From assembly GCA_964016885.1 (NCBI GenBank), contig OZ024743.1:246512001-246576000 (forward strand): DNA of 64,000 nucleotides, in the 5' to 3' direction. The stretch's first letter is position 1. Each line of letters begins with the position of its first letter. The notes below the pieces were generated by a model. The model was not told the DNA's origin and made no database searches. It worked only from the letters and a program-made list of their open reading frames with translations. Both the position numbers and the translations under genes were made by a program. This DNA comes from Eledone cirrhosa. Its lineage: Eukaryota. This document shows positions 36,613-49,594 of this stretch, one piece after another.

Positions 36613-39325
36613 TTCGAGCTCTGGTCCTCATCAGGACAGTGCTTCCCCTGCTCTCTGCTGGAACTTGAAATAGGCAAAAACATATAGTTTTTTTTGCCTG
36701 GCTAGGTGGGCTGGTTAGCCTCATTTGCATATGGAGCTGTATAAGTTGGCACAATTTGATACCACCTTGTATATATATGTGTGTGTGTGTGTGTATGTAT
36801 GTATGATGTTGGGTCACTCTTGAGTGCTACTGGTAACATGTAACCCAGTACAACCTGTCGCATGGTCGTCGGCGACTAACCCGGCCACCCCACCAAGTTT
36901 ATTTGGTGAGGAGGGTGATTTTGGATACTCTGCAGGACAAAAAACAAAACCTGACAAAGGGTGGAAGAACTCATAAGAGTCAACGGCCATCCAAAAATGT
37001 GTAAATATGTATATACATGTATGCATGTGTATGTATATGCGCAGGGACATACAAATAATTGGGCTGGATAACTGATTGTGAAGGATCCCTAGCCTTTCCC
37101 AGGGCATTCTTCTAGGAGAAGGCAACTCAGGAAACTGGGATAACTCCGACATAAATCCTGCAGCTCAGTAGTTACCGATGATGTTGATCTTTTCTTCTTT
37201 TCGGGTTATAGCTACTGTCACTCAGAGAGTGGGATTGGCTCAGTGCACAGTCTTTCCTCAGTGCACAGGCATTGCACGATAGCATTAATTGATAATTATT
37301 GATAACGTTATATCGTCCAATGCCATACTCGATAACGAAGGGGCAGCCATGATCATGTATGATCATGTATGATGTATCAGGCAGTAGCAACGTAGGAGAA
37401 AAATCGAGTCGACCAATCGATTAGTTTCGACTTTCGTTAAAGCTAGTGTATTCGTTAAAACCAATAAGGTTACTCTTTTCCAGATTAAGCTTGACCTTAT
37501 TTACGTAGCGGGTACAAAGTTGGCTTTGCATATTAATTAATCTATACACCGCATTTGATATTCAATTTGTAGAGGGACAATAAAACGTCCTGGTGTCAGT
37601 AGTTTAATTGCTTACATATTTTATACATACAACAACAATCAAAACCACATGCCAACGAGGAGAGCTTCTATGTTGTCCTCTACCTGCTAGAAGTAGCAGT
37701 TAAACTTCTCTGAAGTCTAAAAAAAAGAATTTTTGCGTAGTATAGTAGATAAATAAGATGGGATTACCACGACTGGAACGCCTTTAATTATAGATGTTTT
37801 CGATCAGGGCTAACTTGAGGTTAAATTAAAGCAACAAAAATAACAGCGGTAGTAACAGGCCATCACACAACTAGCAGCCATATCTCTTTCTAACCACGTT
37901 TTACGACTTTAAAAAATGACATGTAGGATAATATTGTCTTGGATTCCTTGTATATGTTCCCTGGATGGTCACCAAAAGAATGCTTTTTATCATAGGTTTG
38001 CTCGATCAAGGTTAACTTGAGTTTGAACTACAACAGCACAACCAGCAACCATGAACTAACTTTTCTTTCTTCCAAATATGATTTGTATTTCAGTCATGTA
38101 TATAATATTTGATAAATAAATTTCAGAGTAGACCAGCTTTATTTAAAGATCGATAAGGAGTTAGATTATATAACATTCGTATATACTTTCAAAGGACATA
38201 ATTATATACTTCATAGTTGCACAAATAACATTACACATCGTTTGCAATTCCTTCAGAATGAAAATATAAACAGAGTATATAAATAAATCTACAGTAGAAT
38301 AACATAACAAATATGTTTTAAATATACTGTATACATAAATAACATTACACATGCCTCGGTAACACTACAAAGGATGATACAATGAAAGATATATTCCTCC
38401 AATGCTAAATATTAAAGAAAATGTAAAGAAAGGGGTGAACAACGGAGACAACACCAGAGCAAAAGACAGCAACACCGCGAGAACTGGGCAACCTCTCTAA
38501 TGATATTTGAGGCAAGCCAGCACACTCGGTGAAGCGAGTGATTCCTAGTTTTCATTAAGACATCTCTAAGAGAATGTCACTCTGATATAAAACCTGCGAC
38601 TTTGTTTGCATCCAATAATGTAGACCAGTTCTACTTTTGGGGTAAATGCATTCGATGTTCAGAGAGTGGGATTGGCCCCGTGTAAAGTCTTTCCTCACTA
38701 AAAAAAGGTTCAAGCACAGACAACGCTTAATATGTGACATTTTTTGCGATGCATGTTATTGCTGGCCATAGGCAAGTCCCTAGCAGGACTAAAAAGCCAC
38801 GTCCGTGATGCTCATTATTCAAAATCGAGTTGCAACTATCATGTATGTATGAGGTTGAGAGAAAATGGAAAATAAAAAAAATAAAGGAATTATTTTAAAT
38901 GACATAACAATACGCGTAAAAAAAAAGCAGCAGCACAAATGTAACTTTAAAAATGAAACTTTGAAAAACTATACACAGCGAAATCGATCAGTACAAATAC
39001 AAATTAGATAACCATTATTTCTACAAACCCACCTGCTTTTTTTTTAAACATGATTTTTTGAAAATATAATTTATTTTGTATGAGCTAACATTCTTTCGTT
39101 GTGTACTGTAAATTTACAAGTATGTATATTAAATAGAATGTATGTATCTTCGGACAAGAGCAACAACACATAAATCTAATTAAGAACCTATCTTCAACTT
39201 TCGTTTTATTTTCCTTGTTCAATACAAACATTATATATTAGATGCATCTTCAAAACTTTATTAATTTTCCCATATAATAGGATTTGTAAAGAATTCTTTA
39301 ATTTTCTCACCTTTTAATCTTTTCA

Positions 39326-39376
<51 letters not shown>

Positions 39377-39408
39377 GAACAATGAAAAGCCGAAGGTATG
39401 TTCGTAAA

Positions 39409-39475
39409 TAGTTCATTGTTTTACGATCGTTTCAGATCAATCAACCCTCTGAAACGATCGTAAAACAATGAACTA
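39409..39475. repeat. 28-bp-arm inverted repeat of a hammerhead 3' half (GAAACGATCGTA), Penelope-end-like
   Basis: TAGTTCATTGTTTTACGATCGTTTCAGA versus TCTGAAACGATCGTAAAACAATGAACTA. Confidence 0.65.
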
Positions 39476-39714
39476 ATTAAGAACCTATCTTCGATTTTTG
39501 TTTTAGTATTTATTTATTTTTGTTCAATATACTCATATATATGACTCTGTAGCTTGATTAGAATCTTCGATGGAACCTCATGCGATGAGAGCCTACTACA
39601 AAAACTATAGCTCTCACCGCGTGATCTCGTTGAAATCATCTCTTCAAGACTGCATGGAGTTCTAACGACGTTATAGGCCCTGCATATACAGGAGAATACC
39701 AGTGTGCGTGTATA

Positions 39715-39783
<69 letters not shown>

Positions 39784-39839
39784 GGCTGTAAAAAAAGGAT
39801 AGGTCCATCGTGACAGATCTGATATGGAGTTAAAAACTA

Positions 39840-40280
39840 TTCTCGGGTCCCGAATAATTGTTCCTCCTCCGCTTATTAATATTTCAGATCCTCCCCCTAT
39901 TCTTATTCCACCTATGCACCTGCTTCTTAAATTTTACTAATCCATCTCCAGCGAAATTTTATTCTAAGTGGAAGCATTCTTGCGATAATTAATTTTCTTT
40001 AGACATTGAAAAACATTATACATGATAAAAAGAAGTACATTACTAGAAATCCCATTATAAAATAAATAGGATAGGCTGAGGTCTCAATATGTAAACTAAA
40101 CGACTACTTCTGGTTTTTAAAAAATCAACGGAGACAGCCTAGGAAAAATTAATGATTTTCCACTCCAACCCACCTATTCCAACACCCCCGCTTATTCAAG
40201 CCCCCTCGCTTATTCCAACACCCCCGCTTATTCCAACCCCCTCGCTTATTCCAACACCCTTATTATTTGGGATCCGAGCG
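39840..40280. mobile_element. MITE with TA flanks and subterminal 18-bp repeats
   Basis: TIRs CTCGGGTCCCGAATAA and TTATTTGGGATCCGAG; repeated CCCGCTTATTCCAAC. Confidence 0.75.
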
Positions 40281-40864
40281 TACAACAATAAAAATGAAAT
40301 CGGTGTTTCATATAGAGACAGAGCTTGTCAGTAGAAGATAGTTGTATAATGATGTGCGTTTATGAAGACATATTGATGCTATATTGTAGTTCTATCTGAC
40401 GTATAAGTCCAGGAGTCTGTAATGATATTTTGATGTAAGAATGACTATACTTGTATATGACATGTAACATAAAATCTAGGAGACAAATGAAGACATTTTG
40501 ATGCCGTTTGCATTTAACCAACTCTCACTGCTGGTTACAGCTGAACATATTCAATATGTACTACAAAGCGTAATGGCGATGAGAAGCATTATGTGTGTCC
40601 CTGCATCTATGTCTATATGTAAGTGTGTATGTGTATTTGTGTAAGAGCCATTTGTATGTGTGAGAATGTGTGTGCATATATGTGAGTATGCTTGTGTGAG
40701 CGTCAATTATGTGTATGTGGGTGTCTGTGTATGCGAGTGCCTATGCCTGTATGTAAATGTGTGTATCTGTGTGTCTATGAGTTTGTATGGAATTATATCA
40801 AAGAGAGACAGAGGTATTTATATGAACAACATTGAATAGTTGGAAACAAAAATATTACATTTTG

Positions 40865-40866
<2 letters not shown>

Positions 40867-40940
<74 letters not shown>
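40867..40940. repeat. (TC)n microsatellite
   Basis: Direct reading. Confidence 0.95.
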
Positions 40941-40946
<6 letters not shown>

Positions 40947-41449
40947 ATTCACTCCCACTGTTCTTTCTTCGTCTCTCTCTAATTCCTCTTCTTCCTTCTG
41001 CTCTCTTTACTTTCACTCTTTTCCTTCCTTTTTCTTCACTCAATATCTTTTCTTCTCCTTCCTCCCGCAGCGTCTTTCACATACATCTGCATTCTAATCA
41101 ATATTTGTTATAAATACATTGTTTCACTTTCTCCCTCCGCCCACTATTACATCTACTTACCTCCTACCTACACTCTCTTTTCTGTCATCATTGCAAATAT
41201 GTCTGGCTTCTGAATTAGGACCGTTCGTGAACATAAAGACACACACACATATATGTATATATACTGTATATATAAGCATATACATACATATTCACGCCAC
41301 GCGCGCACACACACCGACGAAGGGCATCCGGCCATAGTAACCATGCAAAAATGGAACGTATAATGAAGACGTGATCGTCTGATTTGTCTACTCTCCGACC
41401 GTGGTAAACCGTCGAATCCATGCCGTCATGAAAAACGGACAGAAAACGA

Positions 41450-41494
<45 letters not shown>

Positions 41495-41500
<6 letters not shown>

Positions 41501-41629
41501 ATAGAAGGAGCTTCTACAGGACTAGTACTGTTTCATTCAGATGAAATCTTCAGGAAGCTTTTGAAGCTTCCTGAAGATTTCATCTGAATGAAACAGTACT
41601 AGTCCTGTAGAAGCTCCTTCTATAAAATA
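41495..41629. repeat. Perfect palindrome with about 66-bp arms, each carrying a minimal hammerhead core
   Basis: CTGAAGA tttcatctgaat GAAAC agtacta GTC at 41571-41604, mirrored on the minus strand; 3-nt loop. Confidence 0.75.
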
Positions 41630-41701
41630 AAAAATTTTACTCTGCCATGTATTGAGTACCTTACTTACTGTGGTTATCCCCGACTCAACCCGGGACCTAC
41701 G

Positions 41702-41729
<28 letters not shown>

Positions 41730-41732
<3 letters not shown>

Positions 41733-42090
41733 TGTACCCCCGGCATTCGCGGTGGTCCCGGTTATTCGCTGGAATTTTCCTTAGAACCTAACTAATAATT
41801 GTTCGTGGAAACCACCGCATATTCGCGGAATCGTAAATATCTCACCGATTTTTTAATGGCTTTTTTCGTGGCAATATATATATTTTTAACGCTAAATTAT
41901 TAATAACAGTATACCGTATTTGCCGACCTATTGGACGCCCCTTCACATAAGACGCTCCCTCTTTTTTTAAAATTAAATTTTATGTTATATTTTGACGTTT
42001 ATAGGCATGTTTATGGACCACGTCCAATATTCGCGGTTTTTCACTCTTCGCGGTTGCTCTAGGAACGTAACTCCGCGAATACCCGGAGAA

Positions 42091-42095
<5 letters not shown>
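41730..42095. mobile_element. Tc1/mariner (pogo/Tigger-like) MITE
   Basis: TA|CAGTGTACCCCCG...TTCGCGG left end; the right part is homologous to 54256-54366, which ends CGGGGGACAACTG|TA. Confidence 0.7.
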
Positions 42096-42182
<87 letters not shown>

Positions 42183-42919
42183 TGTAAATTGTATATTGCT
42201 GCCAATTATGGTCACACAATAATCAAAGGAAGACATTATAAAAATCGAGACTGCAGTTGTGTATCACTGTAAATAATTAATGTCATGTCTATTTGACGCT
42301 ATTTATGATCACGTAGAGACATTAAATCTCTACTTCCTTTAACGAAGATATAATTAAGTGCGTCACGAAAGAGCAAAAATGTAAAAAATAAAACAAATTG
42401 AAATTCAGAAAAAAGTTTATATGTAACTATTAATGTGGGAAACAACTAAACGAAGAATGAAAACATTGCCAAAAAAAAAAAAAAGTTACACCAAGCGCAT
42501 GTTTCCCATTGATAACTTTGTTCTATTTATTGACTAAAGAAGAAATTATAAATATTTTTTTTGTATTTTTAATTTTATTTCTGCTTTATGCTAATATGTT
42601 TGACTACTGCTTTTGAATAAATTTTTCGAATATTGGTACAAAGTGCACCAAAATATGTTTACTTGTTCTAAAGTAGGGTTTCATACATACGACCTCTGGC
42701 AGAACAATTTTCGTGACTAATATTTTCCAAAAACTTGACAATTTGTCCCTCGCCCCTTCCATATTCTTGCAATTTACGCAAGAAATACAAAAAACAAAAA
42801 ACAAAAACAAAAAAAAAGAACAAACAGAATTAAGGAAAATTTTGAAACGAAAAATTTGTGTCCCTACGTTTTGTACTAATTCATATATATCACTTACGTA
42901 TTCATTTTGATGATGATAC

Positions 42920-43105
42920 TGTTTCTACTTTGGGCACAATGCCAGCAATTACTCCAATGCATTACTGGTGCTTTATTTTATCAACCCCGTAATGATAAAA
43001 GGCAAAGTTAACCTAGGCGGGATTTGAACTCAGAACGTAAAGGGCCATAACTCTATGCTGTAAAGCATGGTGTCTGACGCTCTACCGATACTGCCAAACC
43101 ACCGA
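42920..43105 (-). mobile_element. tRNA-derived SINE; related copies at about 19120-19345, 51515-51690, 56602-56710 and 63605-63702
   Basis: B-box-like GAGTTCAAATCC, core GCCTTTYATC..ACGGGGTYGATAAAATAAAGYACCAG and tail GGCCTTGTGCC..AAGTAGAAAC shared among copies. Confidence 0.8.
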
Positions 43106-44469
43106 ACAACCTATCAGCTGTATTGCAGGTTAGCATTATAACTGATGGCAATTATGACCTCCTATTTTTACCTATTTTTACTTATGGATCTAATAATTTA
43201 TATAACTGGTTTAATGATCCAGCCACCATAGTGTTCTCACCCATGACAGAGACAGGTCATACACATGAAGGAGATTCTTCTTTCACTCCCCGATGAGGCT
43301 TATTTGACTTTAATAGAACGTGCTCCTAGTCCAAGTGGCGCCCATGGCACGTGTCATGCTTGCCACATCCTAGTTACGTCTCGGCCCAGGACATAATGGT
43401 TCTTTTGAGTCCTTGCGTTTGAGACCCTTATTCCTAAGTGTACCATGTACAAAAAGAAAAAAAAAAACTTGTGAAACCACTGCTTTATATGAACGCAAAC
43501 ATAACTGAGTAGTAAGAGGTTTGTGTCGTAATCATGAGACCTTGTGTTGAATACTACTGCATGGCACCCGTGCTTTGTGAATGAAATTGGGCGAAGGGGA
43601 AATTGGATGGAAGTCAGTCGGTTTGGCTGTACTTGTAATTCGATAGTCCAACTTTATCAAACACTGTGTCACGCTGAATATCCCAGCCTTGTCAAACATT
43701 GTGTCATGTTGAATATCCCCATGTTAGATTATCCAGAACTGAACGTCACTCAACTAGAACTCTTACGAAATTATTGGAATGGACCCCCCTCGGTTTCGGT
43801 AATGAATGTTGCAGTTGTTCGATCGACTGAATAGCCTGCTTGCGAAATTAACATATTATTGGCGCTGAGCATTCTAGATATATGTGTGCCCATAACGATT
43901 CATTGTGACACAGTGCATGATATGACTGGCCCTTTGAATCACATGTATAGTTCATTCGGCAGGCTTCCAAACAGTTTATGTCAACACAATTTTTTTCACA
44001 AGGCTTGGGACGATCCGAAGCTATGGTAAAGACGCTTGCCCAATATGTCACGTAGAGGAATGGAACTGTAGATCTCATCATCGCAGCGGCGGCGGCGGTG
44101 GTAGTGGTATCCATTTGTTTTGAGAGGCTATGGTTATGTGCCTGGAAAGGTTTGTATCGGTTTCACCTATAGAGCAGCATCTACTGTGACTGTTGACGTT
44201 CCACACAGGAGTGACAGTTGCTGCATTTGAAGGCACCGTCTCCCTCTGCTATCATAATTCGAATTTTTTGAGGTTTTTTTTTTTAGCAGTAAGCCCTTCC
44301 TCTCGTCTTTCTAAATATTTCTTTAGCTATAACTTTCATTGAGAGCACTCGTTTGCAACATTCTTCATTAAGAGCGCTCACTCGCAATCTCCATGTAGAC
44401 CACTCACTTGCAATATCGTAATATTTATTCCAGTTGTATTTGCTTTCTGAGTTCAAACAAACTCACTAA

Positions 44470-44720
44470 AAAGCCGCTAGTACTCCCAATTGAAAGATCA
44501 CAGCTCCGATATTATAATGTCTCAGGAAAGAGTCGCTGGACAGATTTTGCGGGGGAAAACCAGCCGTTAGGAGACTCTGGGGTAGACTCCGAGTAAGATG
44601 GTTGGATAAAATCCATAAGCTTGGCTGGTCTAGCTTGGGGATCCAGCCGGATCAATTGGAGACGGTTACTTCTGACAGAACTCGCTGGAAGGAGTACATG
44701 AGGACTCTGCCTCAACTGAA
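44470..44720 (+). mobile_element. Old RTE 3' fragment
   Basis: IERSQLRY; homologous to 49850-50050 on the opposite strand. Confidence 0.6.
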
Positions 44721-44937
44721 CGACTAACTAGTGAATTAATGTTTAAATGGATGAGCATTCCACAAACATGGTTTACCCTTTATGCAATCCTCAAACAGAA
44801 TCAACTTGACACAATATGTGACAAAGCTGGACATTTGAATTGTGGGTACAATTCATTCGGTACTACTCAGGTTGACTCTACAGTTAGGCCAGCTAGTTAG
44901 CTACCTATGTCACACACATCAGAAAGATGCATTACTG

Positions 44938-45361
44938 CAGGGCCAGATTTAGACCTTGGGGTGTCCGAGGCACTTCAGTTTTCACAGTCCGAGACTAGAT
45001 ATATCAGAGTGACTTCATCTTGCTCATACATATTTGGCACGGTTTCTATGGTTGGATGCCTTTCTTAACACAACCGTTTTAGAGTGTTTACTGGGTGCAT
45101 TGTTTTTGTGATACCAGCAAAACTACTTTACACAGTGTCATCAAATACTTTTTATAACAACCTGATTCTCTAAAGTCGAGAAACTTTGATGAATTTTGCC
45201 ACAGTAAGGGCATTAAATACTTTTGTCAAAAATATAGTTCTTGTTGTCAAAGAGATGAAACTAAGAAGCCGAGCAGAGAGCACAAATAAATTGGTACGGC
45301 CGTCGCTGGTGGAGGGCCACGGGGAAATTGCCCCCTTTTCCCCACATTAAATCCGGCCATG
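44938..45361. mobile_element. hAT MITE
   Basis: TIRs CAGGGCCAGATTTA and TAAATCCGGCCATG; 8-bp target duplication CATTACTG. Confidence 0.85.
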
Positions 45362-45762
45362 CATTACTGTACCTTTAAGGTTTACTTTTTTTTTAAATAC
45401 AAATTTGTATATAACATAATTTCCTGCTATCAATAAATTATCTGATCAGAGCAAAAATTAAGTTTATCAGTTTGTCAAATTGTAAATTGAAATTAGTTTA
45501 TTTGGAAGAATGAGGCATATAATTGAAAAAAGGGGACGCATATTTTAGGGTTTGTTTAGAGCGTTACATACACAAGCACCGGTCACGCCTCTACTCAATT
45601 TCACTCAGAAGGCTTGGCTCGACCCAAAGCTAGGGGAGGTCAAAGTTCGATGCTAACAATGAAAATAAAAATTAAAACCATTCACTTTATCGTACATTCA
45701 CCTGACACTTATACTACACATTGCTATTAATTGATGTATTTCTGACTAGCAACGACACATTC

Positions 45763-45844
45763 GCTGCGATGGCCGAGTGGTTAAGGCGTTGGACTCGAAA
45801 TCCAATGGGATATTCCCGCACAGGTTCGAATCCTGTTCGCAGCG
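45763..45844 (+). tRNA. tRNA-Ser(CGA)
   Basis: 82 nt, acceptor GCTGCGA/TCGCAGC, anticodon arm TTGGA-CTCGAAA-TCCAA, long variable arm, GGTTCGAATCC, downstream oligo-T. Confidence 0.96.
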
Positions 45845-46274
45845 ACACGGCGCTGTTTTTTTTGTTTTTTTTAAAGTTATTTTCCTTTTCCATTTCTGAT
45901 TTCTACAGTCAACTGTTACTTCCTTTCTAGCAAAGTCTCGTAAACAATAAATGCCATTCACATTTCAGGCAACACTTAATCTATTTTGCCTTCCTAAGAT
46001 GTTGATTACTTAAATAAATACCCAGGATGCGACGCGGTGGGATCGAAGCCAATCCCTCATGATTGCGAAACTAACATCTTAACGACACTATCATTGTACA
46101 TTTTAGACATCTAAGGAGTGTTTGTATAATACACTTCGAGGAGAATATATAGTTTGTGGGGTTTAATAATGTTATGTCATCATTGTCTTATTTTCAGGGT
46201 TTAATAAACAAATTATCCCATCATTATCCCACCTCTAGTTTTTGAAAGTCTAGGTATTTGGCTCCTTTGGCTAG

Positions 46275-46675
46275 CCATCCAGTATGTTCCCCTTTCTCCC
46301 AAATAAATTAATTTCAGCTTATATTTTGACAAAATGACGAACTTAGTTTTGACACTTCTTGATCTAAGCATACTAAGAAAATTATAAACCTGCATTTTCC
46401 ACTACACAGTTCACACTAACACATGCCAAATCATATGACAATAGTCAATCATTTAACATCTTTGTCACGTAACAACGTATTGGAAGAGGGTCGTTATGAC
46501 ATGTCATATGATTTGGCGTTGGTGAATGTGGACGGTACTGTGAAAAATGCAGGTCTAATCATTTTTTTTTTTTTTTAGTGTGGTCAGAGCAAGAAGTATT
46601 TAAATTAGGTTAGTCAGCTTGCCAAATTGTAAATTAAAATTATTTTATTTGGGAGAATGAGGCACATAACTGGAA
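46275..46675. mobile_element. Old foldback element with about 170-bp inverted arms
   Basis: 46275-46440 is the imperfect reverse complement of 46502-46675; single arms recur at 45440-45535 and 51050-51210. Confidence 0.6.
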
Positions 46676-46697
46676 GCAGGGGAAGCATATTTTAGGG

Positions 46698-47013
46698 CAG
46701 GGGTGTGCAACATATTCCATTGGCGGGCCACTTTTGAACATTGGAACAACTATTAGGGCCATTAATATTTATTAAGCACTATTCCAAAATTTCACCACAA
46801 CTTTCCATAATATGGAGCTGGGAAATTATATCACACATGACCCTATCAGTCAAGCCCTTTAGTATAGGTCAACTAACAGAAAGTTGTATTACGGTTACGA
46901 AAACATTCTAAATAAGCCTTTAAGATAAAAATAAAAAAACGGTCATCGCGGGCCACTCTGACTGGCCTGGCGGGCCGGATTGTGGCCCGCGGGCCGCCTG
47001 TTGCACGCCCCTG
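46698..47013. mobile_element. hAT (Charlie/MER58-like) MITE
   Basis: TIRs CAGGGGTGTGCAAC and GTTGCACGCCCCTG; target duplication TTTTAGGG; empty site at 45543. Confidence 0.92.
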
Positions 47014-47166
47014 TTTTAGGGTTTGTTTAAAGCGTTACATACGCAGGCACCGGTCACACTTCTACCCAATTTCACTCACAAGGCTTGGATCGACGCAAAG
47101 CTAGGGAAAACAAAAACAAAAAACTTAAAACCATTCACTTTATCGTACATTCACCTGGCACTCATC

Positions 47167-49469
47167 CTAAACGGACGGTAGTCCGTTTAGTAATATTGTT
47201 GTGGTCGTGTTTTCGTTGGCAATCGTCTGTTTACGACAGTACAGCGCGGTTCTACTTTATTTAACTGAGATAAAACTTATATGAGCATGAACAGTAGATC
47301 ATTACGCATCTTTTGGCTTAAAAATCTAGAAATTTGGTCCAGCGGGAAAAAGTTTATAATCAAAGTTTGCTGATAAATCTTGTGTTCAAGTGAGTGAGTA
47401 GTAAGCGTGACGCTAGGGGAGGTAATCCAGAAATGACGTCGTTTGGAAAAGTTTAATTACTGCATGAAAGAAATGATTCAAAAATTGAACTTGCCCAATC
47501 TTCACAACATTGAAAATTGGTCAAAATTTGACAAATCTGACTTCAAACCAGATATGATTCATTTGAACAATGTTGGAAATCTTAAATTGACACACATTTT
47601 TGCCAATGTTTTTGCCACCTGATCCTTGTTCTCTGGCTGACTGACTAATTTTGTGACTTAATAAAATGTCATCATACTAGTAATGCACAATGGTCATTTT
47701 TAAATTTAAATTTTATTAAATAGTTGTTGTTTGCATTGCCTTAAAATAGTAACAAGAATGTACACATACTTTTTAAAAATACATCATTATCAGTCAAATC
47801 AGTCAAATGTCACTAAAAGCCAGGTGGTCGATAACAACTTCTATAAGATTAGTTACATGCTCACACATTGGATCACCTCTCATCAATGGCATTGGGTGTC
47901 TGAGGTAATCGTGGAGATAACTGATGAAGTCACAAATGAAGTGATGGTCTTCCAGTGTGAACAACTCCCTATATCCATTGATATATGTGATGGCTTCCGA
48001 TTCATAGGTGCATTTTATGAGGAATTCCATGCATCCGATTTTCAATGATTCAATGGGCATTTTATCAGAGATGATAAGGTATTTGACCACGTTTTGCTTT
48101 GTAAGTAAATTGGAGAGAATCACTGCAGTCAAAGTCATTTCTTTGCATGGGTTTTTGTCCATTCTAAAAAGTTAAAATGATAAAGTATTACTACTATATA
48201 ACTTACATCTATTGTTGTAACACCATTGAAATGCACAAGTTTCACTAATTCACTATTATGCACTAATCATCTCAAATGCATTCATGATTTACTAGCTTTG
48301 TCATTAAGCCAGTTGCCTCAACTAGATTGCAATTATACTCAAAAGAACTTTAAAATGTCAATCACTTGTCAGTAATTCACTATGATCATTTAATTATTAG
48401 ATAGTTGTTGCTTGCATTGCCTTAAAAAATAGTAGACCAGATAGAAAAATGCATACAGTAAAAAAAAGTAATATTGTTGGAATATAAACCTTTAAAAATA
48501 CAGGACAAGAAACTAAAATAAAACTTTAAAAGAATAGGACAAGAAACTAAGATAAAACTTTAAAGAATTGGACAAGAAATAAAAATGTTACAATAATATT
48601 AGTGGCAAAATTTGTTTATTCGTTTCCTGTGCTATGCCCCAGTATCATCTTGATTAGTGCATAATAATTGTCATGCTCTCATTGTGCGTTGCCCCTGAGC
48701 GGTTGGTTCTGGTTGGGGTTGGTTGGCTGAGCAGTTCTGCTCCGTCAGAATGACCATTGCAAGAAGAATTGGCCGATGCAGCTGCAGGTCTCCTCCAAGA
48801 ATGCACTTCTGGTCCCGCAACACCAGACGAAGATGGAGAAGACGACCGGGACAAGATGTCGACTCTGACCACCGACTAGGGCATCTCCCTCAACCACCGG
48901 TCCTCCCTCCCTCTGTCCCGTCATCCCTCCAGTCCTCCTGCTCCCCCTTCCTGTACCAGAAAGCTGTGGCACGCATTCATCTGGACTGCCGGACTTGAAC
49001 TCAAGGACAAGATGCAAGGAGAAGATGGACGGGTTGGTCAAGATCAAGGATGAGCGGGACGACAAGACCGTCCGCTGCTGCTCAAGATCTGTGCTCATGG
49101 GCCCATGGGTCCATTCACATTATGCATGACACATGAGGCGTGTCGCCGAATGATGAAATAGGGGTATGGTTATGGCCCAATTGGTGTTCAAACCAGGATC
49201 AAATGATCTCCCCGGTCTGACGACGACCTCTGAATATGGAACCCAGAGCCTATGAATGTGGAACTCGATTTTTTACCAATAAAAATGTTGCCACTAATAT
49301 TATTGTAACATTTTTTTATTTCTTGTCCAATTCTTTAAAGTTTTATCTTTGTTTCTTGTCCTATTCTTTTAAAGTTTTATTTTAGTTTCTTGTCCTGTAT
49401 TTTTAAAGGTTTATATTCCAACAATATTACTTTTTTTTGCTGTACGCATTTTTCTATCTGGTACTAAAC
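47167..49469. mobile_element. Unclassified 2.3-kb insertion
   Basis: Absent from the paralogous tRNA flank at about 45714; CTAAAC at both ends; terminal hairpin; internal long inverted repeat. Confidence 0.7.
47803..48162 (-). CDS. 119-aa ORF with a BACK-like (post-BTB) helical motif
   Basis: LSNLLTKQNVVKYLIISDKMPIESLKIGCMEFL resembles SPOP-type BACK helices; acceptor-like tttttAG just before the ATG. Confidence 0.45.
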   Translation of the reverse strand: MDKNPCKEMTLTAVILSNLLTKQNVVKYLIISDKMPIESLKIGCMEFLIKCTYESEAITYINGYRELFTLEDHHFICDFISYLHDYLRHPMPLMRGDPMCEHVTNLIEVVIDHLAFSDI

Positions 49470-49512
49470 ATTGCTATTAACTGATGTATTTCAAACCAGT
49501 CCTGTCACATTT

Positions 49513-49594
49513 GCTGCGATGGCCGAGTGGTTAAGGCGTTGGACTCGAAATCCAATGGGATATTCCCGCACAGGTTCGAATCCTGTTCACAGCG
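49513..49594 (+). tRNA. tRNA-Ser(CGA) variant with an acceptor-stem mismatch, possibly a pseudogene
   Basis: Same as 45763-45844 except G>A at 49589 (C5:A68). Confidence 0.85.

Noticed and set aside
45763-45844. tRNA-Sec or suppressor tRNA
   Set aside because: Anticodon is CGA with a standard 7-bp acceptor stem, so it is an ordinary serine tRNA.
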